A stretch of 63,927 bases of DNA, the filler included, from Basidiobolus meristosporus CBS 931.73 (lineage: Eukaryota > Fungi > Basidiobolomycota): the NCBI GenBank assembly GCA_002104905.1. It is 4 parts of 4 records of this genome, joined end to end, with 100 filler letters (N's around TTAATTAATTAA, not from the genome) between each part and the next. Parts side by side here need not be neighbours in the genome. Positions count along the whole stretch, not along the records: positions 36,084 to 52,606 come from MCFE01001119.1; 3 more parts are not named here. One strand, 5' to 3'. The stretch's first letter is position 1; each line of letters starts with the position of its first letter. Shown one piece after another: positions 36,084 through 50,000 of this stretch. A model generated the notes under the pieces. That model saw nothing but the letters and a program-made list of their open reading frames with translations, made no database searches and was not told where the DNA came from. The position numbers were made by a program, and so were the translations under genes.

Positions 36084-37500
36084 GTTTTTATGCTTGATGA
36101 CTGAGAGGCTAGTTACAAAAGCTGTATAGACTTCCTCCATTCTGTTACAGCATTGAATATAGGTAGTCTTGTCCATGAGGCAAACAGCATGACACTCAAC
36201 AAGGTATGCTATTACATCACTTTTTTGTCAATATTCATTTGAGTTTTGTAAAGTCTTAAATTTGAGACAATGTGCTTACATGAATGTAAACTCCAATGAT
36301 GGCCAACAATAATATGCCTTATAAATAAAGTTTTGACACCACATACTCACATTCATGTAGTGCTATTTCCCCTTTGGTGGAACTTGCTTTCATATATATA
36401 TGGCACCAAAAAATCAAAGCAAAGTTGTCTGGTTGCCAACTATGTCCAACAACAGACAGCAACAAAAAATTGATTGGACATCAGCTAACCTTGACATATG
36501 GTATTACCAGCAGGGCTACATCCAGAAACAATTATTTTGACAGTGTACCCACTGAAAGTAATAATGCTGCCTCCTCATGCTCTCTGTCAAGTAGGCAATT
36601 ATGAATCTCTTCAGAGCTGCCAGCTGGCCATAATGTGCAGGTATATGTGAATGCAGCAACTGCATTGCCTCCATTTCAGGACTGGCAAGTGACCATGGTA
36701 ACATTGCCACCACTAATATCAGCAGATATGCTGTCAGCTACTATCAATGTGCTCATGAGGCAATTAGATGCAGTGGCTCATGGGATGCATGCAATGGCTC
36801 AGAAAAACCAGGAAATTGCTCAGAGACAGCATGAGAGCATAATAGATGAAGAAAAATCAATATCCCATGTAGATAATGAAGTGTCTTTGCTGCCAAGCAG
36901 GATGGCAAGTAGCTTAGTGTCACAGGCATGACTTAAGCCATTTCCAAATGTAACAGCAGCGGGTCACTGAGCAGTCTTTGAAGCATTGCCTCACTTACTA
37001 AAGATCAAGCTCACAGAAAAACTCACTACCCCATGGGAGGGAGAGACTGCAATCCTTATGCTAAAGCCAAAAAATCAAAATGTATTGGAGATCTATGAAG
37101 CTAATAAGTGCAATGATGAGGAGTAAGCAAATATTCAACAAGCTGTCAAATGTCAAGTTCATCAGCTGAACAGCCTGTCACTGGCAGGGCTGAATCCTTG
37201 GCACAACTGGTAGAGAAGCATTGGGTAGCCAGAAGTTCAGTCAAAGTGGCAGCAATAGCCCTGGTGGTGGCAAAGGTAAAGGGAAAGGAGATAGGTCTAT
37301 ACAAGCCAGAGGCCAATAATCATTAAAAAAAAGCTCCAGTTTTCTCCAATACATGACTTAGCTCAGAACAGACTGAGTCTCACAATAGCCAAAAATATCT
37401 ACCAACAAGATAACAGCTGTTTTCTCAAGATTTGGAAGTGCAACCAGTTGAGCTGTATATCAGTGGAGTAGAGTAGAAGCTCTGCAGAGCCCTTCAGCAG
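36084..37500. mobile_element. Repeat Y copy 1 (probable CACTA-element segment)
   Basis: Colinear with 43000-43790 and 44925-45743; the 43 kb copy is contiguous with the CACTA transposase remnant; decayed plus-strand coiled-coil ORF at 36635-36931. Confidence 0.55.
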
Positions 37501-37562
37501 GTTCTTTCCAGATACTTTTGATAGAATAAGCTCATATTTCAGAAGCCCTCTACAAATAAATA

Positions 37563-40500
37563 AGACTTGTTCTTTTGGATAGTGCCACATAGTGCTAGCC
37601 TGTTTATAGTGGCAGATCAATCTGGCACCCTACAGCACCATCTGGCACTATAATTTCTACCATAATGCCGGTGGTAGGATAGAGTTTCTTGTCATTTTAT
37701 TTAATCTTACGTATGTTGCTCAGAACAGTACTTTTTGTGCTTTATTTACTTTTCATACTGCTCCAGACACAATTCTTTCAGCAGATATTTTCTTGGATGC
37801 TTATACTATGCATTGATTAGTATCTTAACTATTTTACCTACTCTGCTGTTTTCTCCTATGTATGACTTTTGTCTCTCCCAGCCAATATGCTGAATCTCTT
37901 CAGATATCCAAATGTATTCTCTACCCTCACTCTGAAATGATTAAATATCTCATTGTAGAGCTTCTGCTTCCTGCTAGGCACACCATTGCTTGGCTTCCTA
38001 CGTACTGTAATACATCTTAATCTCAGACAAACCTCTCTTATATAAGCTAAGTGTGCCATACATTTCTCCCCTCTACTGAATTCTGAATGATTCTCTACCC
38101 AGTAGACTTCATCATACCTACTTCCAGCAAATGGTCCACTAAACCATATGATGTTACTATCAATGTCAGACATTGCTTGATAATTCACACAGTGTGCCTT
38201 ATGCTTGCCAGAATAACAGTTCCTCTGCCCTCTAGAAGGTTGGCTAATCCTGACTGGGAAGGTATCCAAAATACTCCTACTATGGAACCTGTTGCTGAAC
38301 ACTCTGGGTTATGAAGGTCTATTGGAGCTTCTGAACCAGGTAATCCAAGCTTACTCTAAGTCATTCATACCCTCTGCAAGGTGGTTCTCTATTGCTGTCA
38401 GCTGGCAATGAAAGCTTTTGAGACTTTTGTTGCCAAGGAAGGTACAATGAAACTTTGTGGAGCAATAGTTCTTGTAATAGCAGAGAAGCTTATCAGGGGA
38501 TCTCCTTGAGTAGAATGGGGTAGATGGTCTACAGTACTTGGTATAGATCTCCTCTAGTGTGTCCAAAGGAAATCCTGTGGTATTGATGGGATTGATGAGA
38601 AAAGACCTTTCAGATGAGTAAGTCATATTAAAATTAGTAGGTGATTGGGCTGTGGTAAATTGATTTGATTTGGTGCGATCAGCTTTATTTATCTGATTTT
38701 CCATGCATTATGATTAGGTCTCCATCAATTGTCATGTATCCCTTCATTAAGCTGCAAAAATCAACCTCAAACAATGACTTAATATTTTTGGTGAAGCTTT
38801 ACTTGCAAGTCTATAATCAAATAGGAAGTCTGCAATTGCTGGGATCCAATATGTGTCAATGAAATCCAAGATGCAATATGCACAATATATGGAAAACTCA
38901 ATAGTTACATCAGTTTTCAGAAATATTTCATTTGAGACCAGGTTGATGCCAATAGACTACTGTATAAGTATCCAAATCTGTCATATGGTCCCTATACCTA
39001 GTCTCAACTCATCTTTAGTCAACCCAGATACAACCCTTCCCCTGGCTCACAAGCATGGTCCAGACCAAGAAAGTCAATGTTGGATCTGTTTGAGTTTGTG
39101 CCAAGTGATTTTAGTATGCCCCAAGTGTCCATGATGAGCCTTCATACAGATATTTGGGCACTATGCACCAACCTAGAGGAACTAGATACCTCAGAGAGTT
39201 GATGGAGTTGGAAGAGCCTGAGTAGAAAGCTGTGGCATGAGTTCTACATCAAGATGCTGGCAGATGTATGTAAGAAGATATATAGCAACACAAGTATTGA
39301 GATCAAGAATGAGCTGAGAGTGAGGGGACTTGGTGACAAAGCTGCACAGGAACAATTTGCGTTCAATTTGTACAGTACAGGCCAGACATGTTCATTAGTG
39401 CCTCAGCCTTGGGAACCAAAGAGACTTTGAATGAGGTTTTGCCTCAAATGACTAATGTAATACATGAAACATCAGTAGAGCTAAGTGGCTTCCAAGAGCA
39501 CTATAAACAAAACTCATGCAGGCAACAGTTCCAAGGTATCTGACAAAGGGTAAGTCAATACCTTGAGGAATCAGAAGGTGAGCTTCAAGAGGAAGAATAC
39601 AGACCACAGTCAACAGTGTCTAGATTGCACCAGCACTCCTTGCTGGATTCCTTACCATCTCTTGCAACCTCAGGGTGCCAGTGCACATTGGTCCAAACTA
39701 CACCAACACCCTTCACAAGAGCACCTCATATCAAGTCAATGTGTATTGGGTCAACTTGCACACTTCAGAACAAAACCACCAGAACTTGCCAAACTGCTCA
39801 TTTAGACAGAAGTCCATTGGAGTGAGCCAAGTTGGGTCAACAAGTGGCATCCAAACCAAACTCAGCCAAGGGCCTTGCCAGCTCATCAAGTTGCACCTGC
39901 ACATGCCATTACACCTGATAATCAACAGGTTTCTTCTGTTGAACTGACTGATGATGACCCACATGAAGTGCCTCCACCACCAGAGCCTTTGGCAAGTAAA
40001 AGAACATGTCAGCACGTAGCACTGCAAGCCACCTCAGTGGCATCATCAGGGGTGATTAAGTGCGGCCAAGCTGCAGCATTGCACTCATCAATTAGGAGGC
40101 AAAATACTGACTACAAATACACAAGTAGCCAAGAGGTTAGTCAACAAGGAAGTAGTTTAGGTGTGCAAAGTGAATCACTACCAAATACTTCAGTAGTAAT
40201 CCCTGTGAGAAAAAAACTTGAGCAAAGATGATGCAATTGCCTTGAATTGCTTTTATTTGTCATGAACCAAACAATACATTTTTTTTGCAATCCAAATCAA
40301 GCCATTGCATGTCAGTGATCACTAAATTTTTGATATAAGCAATATCAAGGTTGTCTGACATTTGAGACAGAACCCCTATAAATAAACACCCTACATATAT
40401 ATACATCATCAGCTACACCAGTGCAGCCATTAGATCTGTTTTGCATCTATTAGATTGGTTGCATGCTAGCTATGGCACCTTGTCCAATCATTGGGATCAG

Positions 40501-40974
40501 GGATTTACTTGCTCAATGGGCAAAATGGGATATTTAATAGCATATTGGGTAGCTTGTGTATTGGTCAAGGAGCCAATTGCAGGCTGACAGCTTTAGGATA
40601 CTTTGGACCAATTAACCGCTGAGATACCATCCAATTGGAGTGATGGTAACCAAAATTGTAAGCATCAGTGAAGTTTACAGTGTGATATGCATTAATTTTC
40701 ATTTATATTAAAGAAACGTATCCTAAATACTGGACTATACATACCTTATTAGGGGTATCCAATTGCACACATGATGCAATCATTACAAGTTGGTGCAATT
40801 ATCTGTGCCAAGCTGATCTTGTCAGATTGTGTCACAGTGTGCAAGATTGTCCCACATGGTGCAAAATTGTCCAAGAGCAATCCTGCCTAATAGTAGCTAT
40901 GATGTTGCGCCTAATTGCTCATAGAGACCATGGATTGCACCGCATGGCCTGGTATGGTACAATAGAACAAGTCT
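37563..40974 (-). mobile_element. PIF/Harbinger (ISL2EU-like) DNA transposon, degenerate, ~3.4 kb
   Basis: TIRs AGACTTGTTC (37563) and GAACAAGTCT (40965-40974); 3-bp TSD ATA at 37560-37562 and 40975-40977; encloses a DDE_Tnp_4-like transposase remnant. Confidence 0.8.
37856..38704 (-). pseudogene. DDE_Tnp_4-type (IS5/Harbinger/ISL2EU) transposase remnant
   Basis: YSGKHKAHCVNYQAMSD..IIWFSGPFAGSRYD, QKLYNEIFNHFRVRVENTFGYLKRFSIL; upstream piece TTGFPLDTLEEIY resembles the N-terminal HTH region. Confidence 0.82.
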
Positions 40975-41299
40975 ATAATATACCCTACAAAAATCACTTG
41001 GTCACTCAGGGGGATCTGATCTGGATGTGCAGTTGGGATTCCACATTGAGGCTGTCATTATACTGGCAACTTGGAATTATAGAACCTTAACACAATCTTA
41101 TGACAGGATTGTGATGGTGTTTTGTTAAATTTATTGCCAAATAAAGTTAAAGATATGACAGAGTTTAGGTGGTCTTTTGACAAGAATTGTATGACATTCC
41201 AATGGTCTTGATGTGCTCTACTTTTATTTGAGCAGATCTAACCAGCCAATGTACCTAACTCCCTGATATGGCAAGAAACTTGGCATTGTACTGACGGCC

Positions 41300-43790
41300 T
41301 CTTTGCAGACCACTAATGTAGGGCTGATAGAAGCTGCTTCAGAAGGCTACTTGAGTCAATACATATCCAGTTCATCCAGTCCTTGCATTTGTGTAGTTGC
41401 GTATGTGTATGAATAGTGACTGGAGCCCATGAGAGGTATTTTGGGCAGCAGATACCATGTAATATCTTGCCAATTATTTCAAATATCTCTGGTAACCCAA
41501 GGGATTATTTGGGTTGAAATGTCCCATGTGCATCCTGGTAATCATTTTATGGTAATTGTTAATGAGCAAATGTATTGCTCCCAGTGGAAAGCTTTAGCGC
41601 TAATAGATTCCATCTTTCTTAAGTATCTGAGGTTTTCAAATAAATCTGTATTTGGGTCAATGGCTCATAGCTTGCCAGCTTTGTTGCAATTTAATACCAA
41701 CTTTTGTACATTCCCTATGTGAGAAACTGATGCGTGTAGTGATAATGTTTGGATGATATTAATGTGAGTGAGTAACAGAGTAAATCCCCTTGATCTCACA
41801 CATCTGAAAGCAATTTTCTTGTTGTGCTCAGAAAAGCCAGCTAGCTTGCTTATGGCAGGGGTGTCTTCAATGTAGATAACAATGTGCACATTTATATGAA
41901 TGTCATTTACTGGGATCCCACTGGAGAGCATACAAATTTCATCTAGCAATGAGTCCAGGTAGCTATGCAGGTTAGATGGCAATTCAAGCTAAGGTACCAG
42001 TGATACTACCTTCAGATTTCTGCTCTGATACTGTAAGATAGGTGGCATATTTAGGTTGATGAAAATCAGTGGCCAGTAGGGTTTTCTAGTGGAGTACTTT
42101 CTTAATAAGAATCTATCAAGTGCCCAGGCAATGGTGTGGTCATTCATACCCTCATGGTAGCCCTTGCTTTTTAGTTGTTTGTAAAGTTTGCCATCCAGGA
42201 TATTGGAAATGTTTGCATTTGGATGATTCTGAGTGCAATACTTTACTACCTTACAAAATTTGCTGGACTTTGTAAGCTTCTTTAGGCAGGATATTACTGG
42301 ATTATATCTGCGGTGTGAATAATGCTTTCATCCTATCTTTGTGGGTTTATGACAACTTGAACATCTTGCAATGGTGGCATTTACTGATATGAATGCAATG
42401 CAACTGCTAACACATGCTGGTATCAGAACAATCTTTAAGTCATATGTTGCCAGTCAGGTGATAGTTGTCCAATTGTACCATGTGCATGGTAAGTTGCATC
42501 CTGGAATAATTTTGGTAAGAAGTAGTAGTAAATCCTCAAAACCCCCATTAATGATATTAGTGCAAACATGCCGCTTGCCTCACCAAAATATAACATCATT
42601 TACCAGTAGATGGATAACTGGGCTCACTTGACTCCATAAAGTATCCTTGGCATTCTTTTCCACAGGTGTTTTTCTCAATACATATTGGCATATTTTTAGC
42701 TTCATTTGTGGTATTTTAAATGGGAGATAGGCTTGCAATCCATATATGAGCCTTCTTCCTCAGAGCTATCACTCTGCATACCTTATTCACAAGGCTGAGG
42801 TGAGCCTAAGGCATCACAAACTCATCAGACTTGTTTGCATACAGTGACAAGTGCATCTAGGTGCAGATATAGCTGTATGAAGTGGCTGGCATGATTTTAT
42901 TTGTTCATTGCTGACTGATCATTGTTTGAATATGCCTTGTGTGGCAAAACACTGGCCATAATCCTTGTAATATTTCTTATGCTGTCTCACCACTTCTTGG
43001 CTGAGAGGCTTGTTATGTTGGCCAAAAGGTTTTTTTTGCTTTTCTTATTGCATTGAATCAAAGTAGTCTTCCCCAATGGGTACACAGTTTGACACTCAAC
43101 AGTGTAATGCTATTATATTGCTTTATTGTCAATGCTCATATGGGCTTAAGACAGCCTTGTACTTCAGATACTGCACCTAAATGAATGTAAAATTCAATGA
43201 CAGCCCATTATAATACGCATCACAAACAAAGTTGTGGTGCACACATTTATGTAACACTATTTTCCCTTTGGTTTGATTCACTTCTGTAGGCATACTGCCA
43301 GAAAATAAAGCAAGGTTGTCTGGTTCCCAACTAAATCCTACTGCTGACAACAGCAGATGAATGGTTGAGCAGCAACTTGCTTTGTTATTTAGTGCAGCAA
43401 GCAGGGCTATATCCAAAAAAGGCCATGTGGATGGTGTGCTCACTGAGAGTACAGATTCAGACTCTTCAGGCTCTCAGTCAAGTAGATCATTGAGTATCTA
43501 TGCAGAGCTGTAGGCTTACCAAAATGCTCAGGTAGTTGAGAATATTGCAAACACAGTGCCTTTGGCTGAAGACCAGCAAGTGGTCACTGTAATATAAACA
43601 CCACCCATATTAGCATATATGATATCAACTCATACCAAAGCATTCATGAGACAATTAGGTTTAGTGGCTAATAGAATAGATGCAACAGCCCAGCAATTCA
43701 AGGAATTAGTCCAGACACAGAAATAGCAGACAAAATGTGTAGAGCAATCAATATCCCAGGTAGAGAATATTGAAATATTTAGGAGTCCAC
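41300..43790 (-). mobile_element. CACTA/EnSpm-like transposase remnant plus repeat Y copy 2
   Basis: YWPLIFINLNMPPILQY (~42020-42090), NLHSYLDSLLDEICMLSSG...DTPAISKLAGFSEH (41665-41982), Cys-rich YTVECQTVYP...QC near 43060-43120. Confidence 0.7.
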
Positions 43791-43795
43791 CTAAC

Positions 43796-44046
43796 TGTTA
43801 ATATATTGTGAACTGGCACTTAGCTAAATGATATATTTCAGAATAGTAACTTGGAAATTTGTTTGAAAGATAGTAGCCAACTTTTTGGAATTAGTGAAGT
43901 ACAGAATCTTAGGAAAATCCAAAGCTTGTCTGAGTGAGTTGAAGTTTGTCCTAAGTACTGCTGTGGCTCCCCTAGTAGTGGACAAATAGTTACATAAACA
44001 TAGTTTTAGAATAAGTATAAGTATTGTATTAGTCAATATATCAACA
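43796..44046. repeat. Putative short solo LTR
   Basis: Termini TGTTAATATATT / AATATATCAACA (11 of 12 inverted match); no matching TSD. Confidence 0.4.
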
Positions 44047-44844
44047 AGTGAATATCATGCAAATCTTCTAAATCTCCATTTGACTTCCACTTTGTCTCTC
44101 TAGTATTGCAACAATGCATGAGCCTCAAGCTTGCAATATCTTTGGTGTCTACTTTGCATTAGTGCTGTTTCTTTTTTCTGGAGAATGACTGTCTTGTCTA
44201 CCTGAAGCTACATATGACAGAAAAGTACTGATGTTGCAAAAAACTGCTAAGTAGGATATGTTGTTACAGAGAGAGAGGCCTTTGCCTTTAAAGAAGCACT
44301 GAGAGAGGAAAGAGGCTAAATATTGAGGGGATCATGTTGGACAAATTTCAAATTATGAAATCTGCTGAAGAATGGAGCTTTGTGAAAATGCCTAGTCCAA
44401 GCAAGGAGTCCAGATCAATAAGGAGCATACTACAAGACATATTTATAAGTACTATGATCCTTATTATCATAGCATAAAGGAGCTATGCTGAGGATTCAAA
44501 TATATCTTGGGTCTATTGAGTCAATCATGTTCCTGCATTTCTGCAATAATTTAATTAAGTCTGTAGCAGCCTGAAAGAAAAATAATGTGCAAACACTTTG
44601 GAGCCACCTGTCTCCCAGGATTGGAGTTAAATAGGCAGGCAAATACATGAAGTAGCTTGCCCATATCCTGAGGACTAAAATGACATATAATACCTATATA
44701 TTTGGCCAGAGATAATTGATACCAGGCATGCCAACTTTAGAGTGGTATGCATGATATATCAGTGGTAGTATTTCTATTACCAATGATCCTGAGTCTCTGT
44801 GAGACACTTATTAGACAAGCCATATATCTACATTATCTATGAAG

Positions 44845-44901
44845 CACCTCACACACCTTGAGATGCGTAGTGTCTCCCAGGATTACCTCTACATCACCAC
44901 A
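44845..44901 (+). repeat. 3' fragment of a family-L LTR
   Basis: GCACCTCACACACCTTGAG...ACCTCTACATCACCACA matches 765-822. Confidence 0.7.
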
Positions 44902-44924
44902 CCGCATGGTCTTTTTTCTCTTCT

Positions 44925-45743
44925 CTTACAGCATTGAAACAAAGTAGTCTTGTCCATGGGGCAAACAGTTTAACACTTAAAAATGTAATGCTATTATATC
45001 ACTTTTTTGTCAATACTCATGAATTTAAGCCAGTCTTATATTTGAGACATTGCTCCTGCATAAATATAAGATTCAATGATGAGCTGCCATAGTGTGCATC
45101 ATTAATTAAGTTGTGGCACCACATATACATGGATATGTAGCACCATTTCCCCTTTGATCTGACTCACTTCAATGTATATGCTACCAAAAAATAAAGCAAA
45201 GTTGTCTGGCTCACAACCAAACCCCACTGCTGACAGTGGCAGAAAACAGTTGGACAACAGCTTGCTCTGATATTCAGTGCAATAAGCAGGGCTACAGTCA
45301 AAAAAGCCATGGTGACAGTGTGCTGACAGAAGGTAATAATGAGGACTCCCCATGCTCTCAGTCAAGTAGGCAATTGAATATCTCTGTTTAGCAACAAGCT
45401 GACCATAATGCTTAGCTGATGAGAATATAACAAATGTAGTACCTTCAGTTGAAGACTAGCAAGTGGCTGTCATAATATCACCATTACACATATTAGCAAG
45501 TATATTGTTAGCCCTTACAAAAGCATTAGTGAGGTAGTTATATGCAGTGGCTGATAGAATATATGCAACTGCCCAAAGAAATCAGGAAATAGTGCAGAAA
45601 CAGGATGAACAGATAATATGTGTAGAGCAATCAATATTGCAGGTAGAGAAAGCAGTATGTTTGCTGCAAAGAAGGAGCTCAAGTAGCTCAATATCACATC
45701 AAAAAACTGAGCTATTTCCCACTGTAACAGCAGAGGAACACTA
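44925..45743. mobile_element. Repeat Y copy 3, the target of the young Ty3/gypsy; continues at 52522-52606
   Basis: Joining 45743 to 52522 restores sequence colinear with 36950-37050. Confidence 0.65.
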
Positions 45744-46130
45744 TGTGAGTACTCAATGTAGTACCCACTCTTTGCCCAAGAGTTCTCCCAAGAGTTCCCT
45801 CCAGAGTCCTACCCAAAGTCCTCCAGTACCCTCCCTATGATTCCCCCACGCGTCCTCCCCTCCTATCCCTGCCCTTATCTAGTTAGAACACTTACCATAA
45901 CAGGAAGGTGTTCACACCCCTATTTTATAACACATTGTCTATTGTCTAAGCCCTCCCAAGTGATATATATATCTACCCAACTGAACCAGGAAGAACAACG
46001 AGATTTGGACGAAATAAACAGAAGTCTTTATTACCTTGCTACCTTCTATCGGAAGCTATTCTGAACCAAGTGGTACTGACTTGACCTACAAGCTCTCCCA
46101 CTCACCAAGTACAGTCAGTAATAACCCACA
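45744..46130 (+). repeat. 5' LTR, family A
   Basis: TGTGAG...CCCACA, 387 bp, TATA-like run and AATAAA. Confidence 0.96.
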
Positions 46131-46134
46131 TATT

Positions 46135-46146
46135 TGGTGCCATCTC
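46135..46146 (+). other. Primer-binding site complementary to the 3' end of a fungal tRNA-His
   Basis: TGGTGCCATCTC starts 5 nt after the LTR; it is complementary to ...GAGAUGGCA-CCA, the yeast tRNA-His(GUG) 3' end as I recall it (not looked up). Confidence 0.65.
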
Positions 46147-46171
46147 TGCGGAAATAAGCACAAGTGAGGTA

Positions 46172-47044
46172 ATGACTACTACAATCAAACTAAAAACATA
46201 CAAGGGAAAGAGAGAGAAAGCCCTTGAGTGGTTTGATAAGTTTGAGAGAGTTGCGGTTGATGCAGGATGGGACGACGATAAGAAAGTAAGAGAGTTTGCA
46301 AGACATATGGAAGGGTCAGCATGGCGATGGCATTATGGGTTGGAAGACGCAGTCAAAGACGACTGGGATGCACTAGAAGAAGCCTACAAGACACGCTTTC
46401 TATATGCCAAAGGATACCACTACGAAGCCCTTCTACTGTCCTTGCAGAAGAAAAGCAGTGAAAGCTATGAAGCCTACACTGAACTGTTTCTCCAACAAGT
46501 TTGATGTCTCCCGAAGGACGAAATCGCCGAACGACAGCTCATGAGGTATTACATCATGGGCTTAGACGACGAAATAAGACGTAGGGCGTCCAAAGAACAA
46601 CAGGGATGTAAAACGTTGCAAGAGTTGGTCGAACAAGTACGAGGGGTCATCTTGCTATGGGTGCTACCCTATAGTGATACAAATGATCAAAGGACAGGGA
46701 TCCCCCGTAAGAAAGGAAAAATCGCCTCCCCAAAAGACCGTGAGTTAGAGGAATTACGGCAAAAGGTCCAAGAACTCTCGATCAACAATGTCCAAGAAGT
46801 CCCCAAAGAAGGTGATAAACTCTGGGAAGCTGTTGTAGATCTAAAGGCCCAGGTTCAAGTCCTGACCCAACAGATGGAACGACCGCGACAACAGTATCCG
46901 TGTTATGTGTGTGGAGAAGTAGGTCACCGGGCCCATGAATGTGAAAAACGGTACGGAAGAGAAGCCGTACCGGACACAAAAGAGAAGAAGGCGTCAAAAG
47001 ACAGAGTCCCTTGCCAGGAGGCCAATGGGACTCAGTCAATCTAA
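46172..47044 (+). pseudogene. Family-A gag (one in-frame TGA at 46501-46503), CCHC zinc knuckle
   Basis: MTTTIKLKTYKG...EWFDKFE...; CYVCGEVGHRAHEC. Confidence 0.9.
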
Positions 47045-50000
47045 GCCCTCCGGTCAGGACAATCGAAGTGCGGAAGAAGAAGCGTCGACATGATGCTTCT
47101 AGAGAGGAGGCGAAGGAACCTGTAGTAGAGGTTCCGTCAAAAGGAAAGAGCGCGGAATTAGGTGAAGAAGTACGGAATGAACCTTGGGAAGAAGTGTTAA
47201 AGCAAACGAAGAACGCTAGCACGTCTTCTCCATGGCCTATTCCCCATAATGAAGGTACTAGAGCAAACCAAGGCAACCCTCCCAATAACCAATTTACTGG
47301 GACTGGCCCCGGCTCTAGTCAAGGAACTGATAGAGGGATTGAAGGAGATAACGACCCTCCATGTCAACCAGACGGTCCTGCAAAACCAAATAAAGGTACA
47401 TACGTAAAGGTACGTATAGAGAATAAGGAGATTCTTGCCCTTATCACACAGGATCCTCTACGTTGATCATGTCAGAGTCATTAGCAAAACGTCTAAAACT
47501 AAATATAGTCCCCAACAACACCATTTGAGTACGGCTAGCAAATGACCAACTGGATACAACAGTAGGTGTGGTGCCTGATTGCCCCATTTGGCTAGGCAAC
47601 TTGATAATACGCCAAGATGTTCGTGGTCCTACCCATTGCAGCCAACAACTTACTCATTGGCAAGAGTTGGTTTATCCAACATAAGATGGATATACTTTAC
47701 AGTGCATCTGAACTCAGGTGGGATACCGAGAGTATCCCACTGATTCATATCACCGATGAGAGCAAGGCGCGTAGCAACAGTGTGACGATTGAAGAGGTGA
47801 AACCGTCGCAGTCTCCGATCATCACACAAAAGGTGATAAAAATACCACCCGCCAGTGAGACGGTGATCTCATTAGAAACACCAATAGCTTATTCAACGAG
47901 CGGAAGAATGATAACCGCAGCAAAAGCATCCGAGCAACTGGAAGGAATCTTGATCCCTAAAGTATGGATACCACCAAAATTTGAAACGCAAAGCCTGAAA
48001 TGCTTAGTGGTTAACAACGGGCGACACACGGTGACATTGCCTAGAGGAGTGCCATTGTTAAACTTAGAGGAAGTCGACGGAAACGACCAAGGACCACCTC
48101 CAAACAAAGAACCAGAAGAAGAACTCCCCAAACTAGATGTGGACCCCGGTCTACCGCCTACGTTACGAGACAAATTCCTAGAAGGAATACGTCCGCTTGC
48201 CCAAGTATTCTCTAAGAACCAAGTAATTGGTCATATACCTGGGGTATATCACCAAATCCACCTTGCCGACAAATACCCCATCAAGCAAAAAGCCTATAGG
48301 AATTCGAAAATTGACACAGACTATATCAAAGAGACGATTGAAACTTTATTAAAAGACAACATCATTACAGAGAGCCAGTCTCCGTGGGCCTCCCCTGTAG
48401 TGATAGTCCCAAAGAAAGACGGAAAGCGACGCTTTTGCATCGACTACCGGAAATTGAACGCCGTCACCCGGAAGGACGTGTATCCGCTACCGCAAATAGA
48501 CAACCTCTTGGACAGATTAATCGGAGCTAAATATTTTAGCTCTCTTGACTTAATCTCCGGGTATTGGCAAGTAGAAGTAGCCCCGGAAGATTGACCCAAA
48601 ACCGCTTTTATAACATCGTTTGGATTATACAAATGGAACCGACTACCCTTTGGCTTGTGCAATGCCCCCGCTACGTTCCAAAGGATGATCGACAAGGTGC
48701 TAGGAAATCTACAATGGGAATGCGCCCTTGTGTATCTGGACAACATCACGATATATTCCCCCAATGTAGAAGAACATATACACAACGTGCAACGTATCCT
48801 GACATCCCTCCTCGAGAACCAACTCAAACTACATCCCAAGAAGTGCCATTTCCTGTATACAAAATTGTTGTTCCTGGGCCACAAGATCTCGGCAGATGGA
48901 ATATACCCATCTACGTCACTCCTGAAAGCCGTTCAAAATGCACCTGCACCAAAGGACATTAATGCAGTGTTGGGATTCCTAGGATTAGCCGGCTACTATT
49001 GCCGCTTTGTCAAAAACTTTCGCAACGATAGCAGCCCCCCTATACGAATTGACGCAAAAGGGCCAGTGTTTTGTATGGTTGGAGCCTCAAAAGAGAGCAT
49101 TCAATCAGCTGAAACATTCCCTGATGTCACCGCCAGTGTTACGATTTCCCAATTGGGATGCAAGATTTTTTATTAACTGTGATGGAAGCCTCACCGGTAT
49201 AGGCGCCGTACTGGGACAATACCACCAACCGGCAAATTCCACCCAATTGGTTACGTGAGCCGTTTGCTAAACAAACACAAACGCCACTACCCCGTTACCG
49301 AGATAGAATGTCTGGCTGTTGTTTATTCAATTAAACAATTCCATACATACATACATGGTTGCCAATTCACAATAGTAACGGACCACAGCGCACTGGTCTG
49401 GCTGATGAAAACTAAAGACTTTACCGGCCGACTAGCACGTTGGGCCCTACGACTACAGCAATACGACTTTGAAATAATTCACCGCGCTGGCAAGAAACAC
49501 CAGGACGCAGACTTCCTCAGTCGCTATCCCGTTTGCCAAATACGTGTCAGTGATGAGTACAAGGACATAATCTGCTTTAAAAAGAAAGGGAGGTATCCCA
49601 AACACGTTGTTACAAACAAACAGAAGAGAGAATTTCGAAGGAAATGGTGTCAGTACAAAGTACAAGAAAATCGACTATGGTTCCTCCAAGGACAGTCCAG
49701 AGCCAAGGTACCCCCACTAGCAGCCCATGAAGAAATCATACAAGAAAGACATATGTCATTAGGACACGCTAACCCCCTAACAACATATAAGATGTTAAGA
49801 AAAACGTTTTATTGGCAAAAAATGATGACCGACGTTACGAATACGTTACAAAGATGCACCACTTGCAAAAGATTCAACCGGAGTCAGAAGATAGGGACAA
49901 CCGCACCAATACCGGTTGACCTGCCCTTCCACCAGAGTAGGGATTCGACTTTGTTGGCCCCTTTATGAAAACAAAGAAAGGAGAACAATACATAATAATT

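Noticed and set aside
45739-45743. CACTA at both ends of the young element as CACTA-transposon termini
   Set aside because: It is a direct repeat outside TG...CA LTRs, i.e. a 5-bp retrotransposon TSD; the match to the superfamily name is coincidence.
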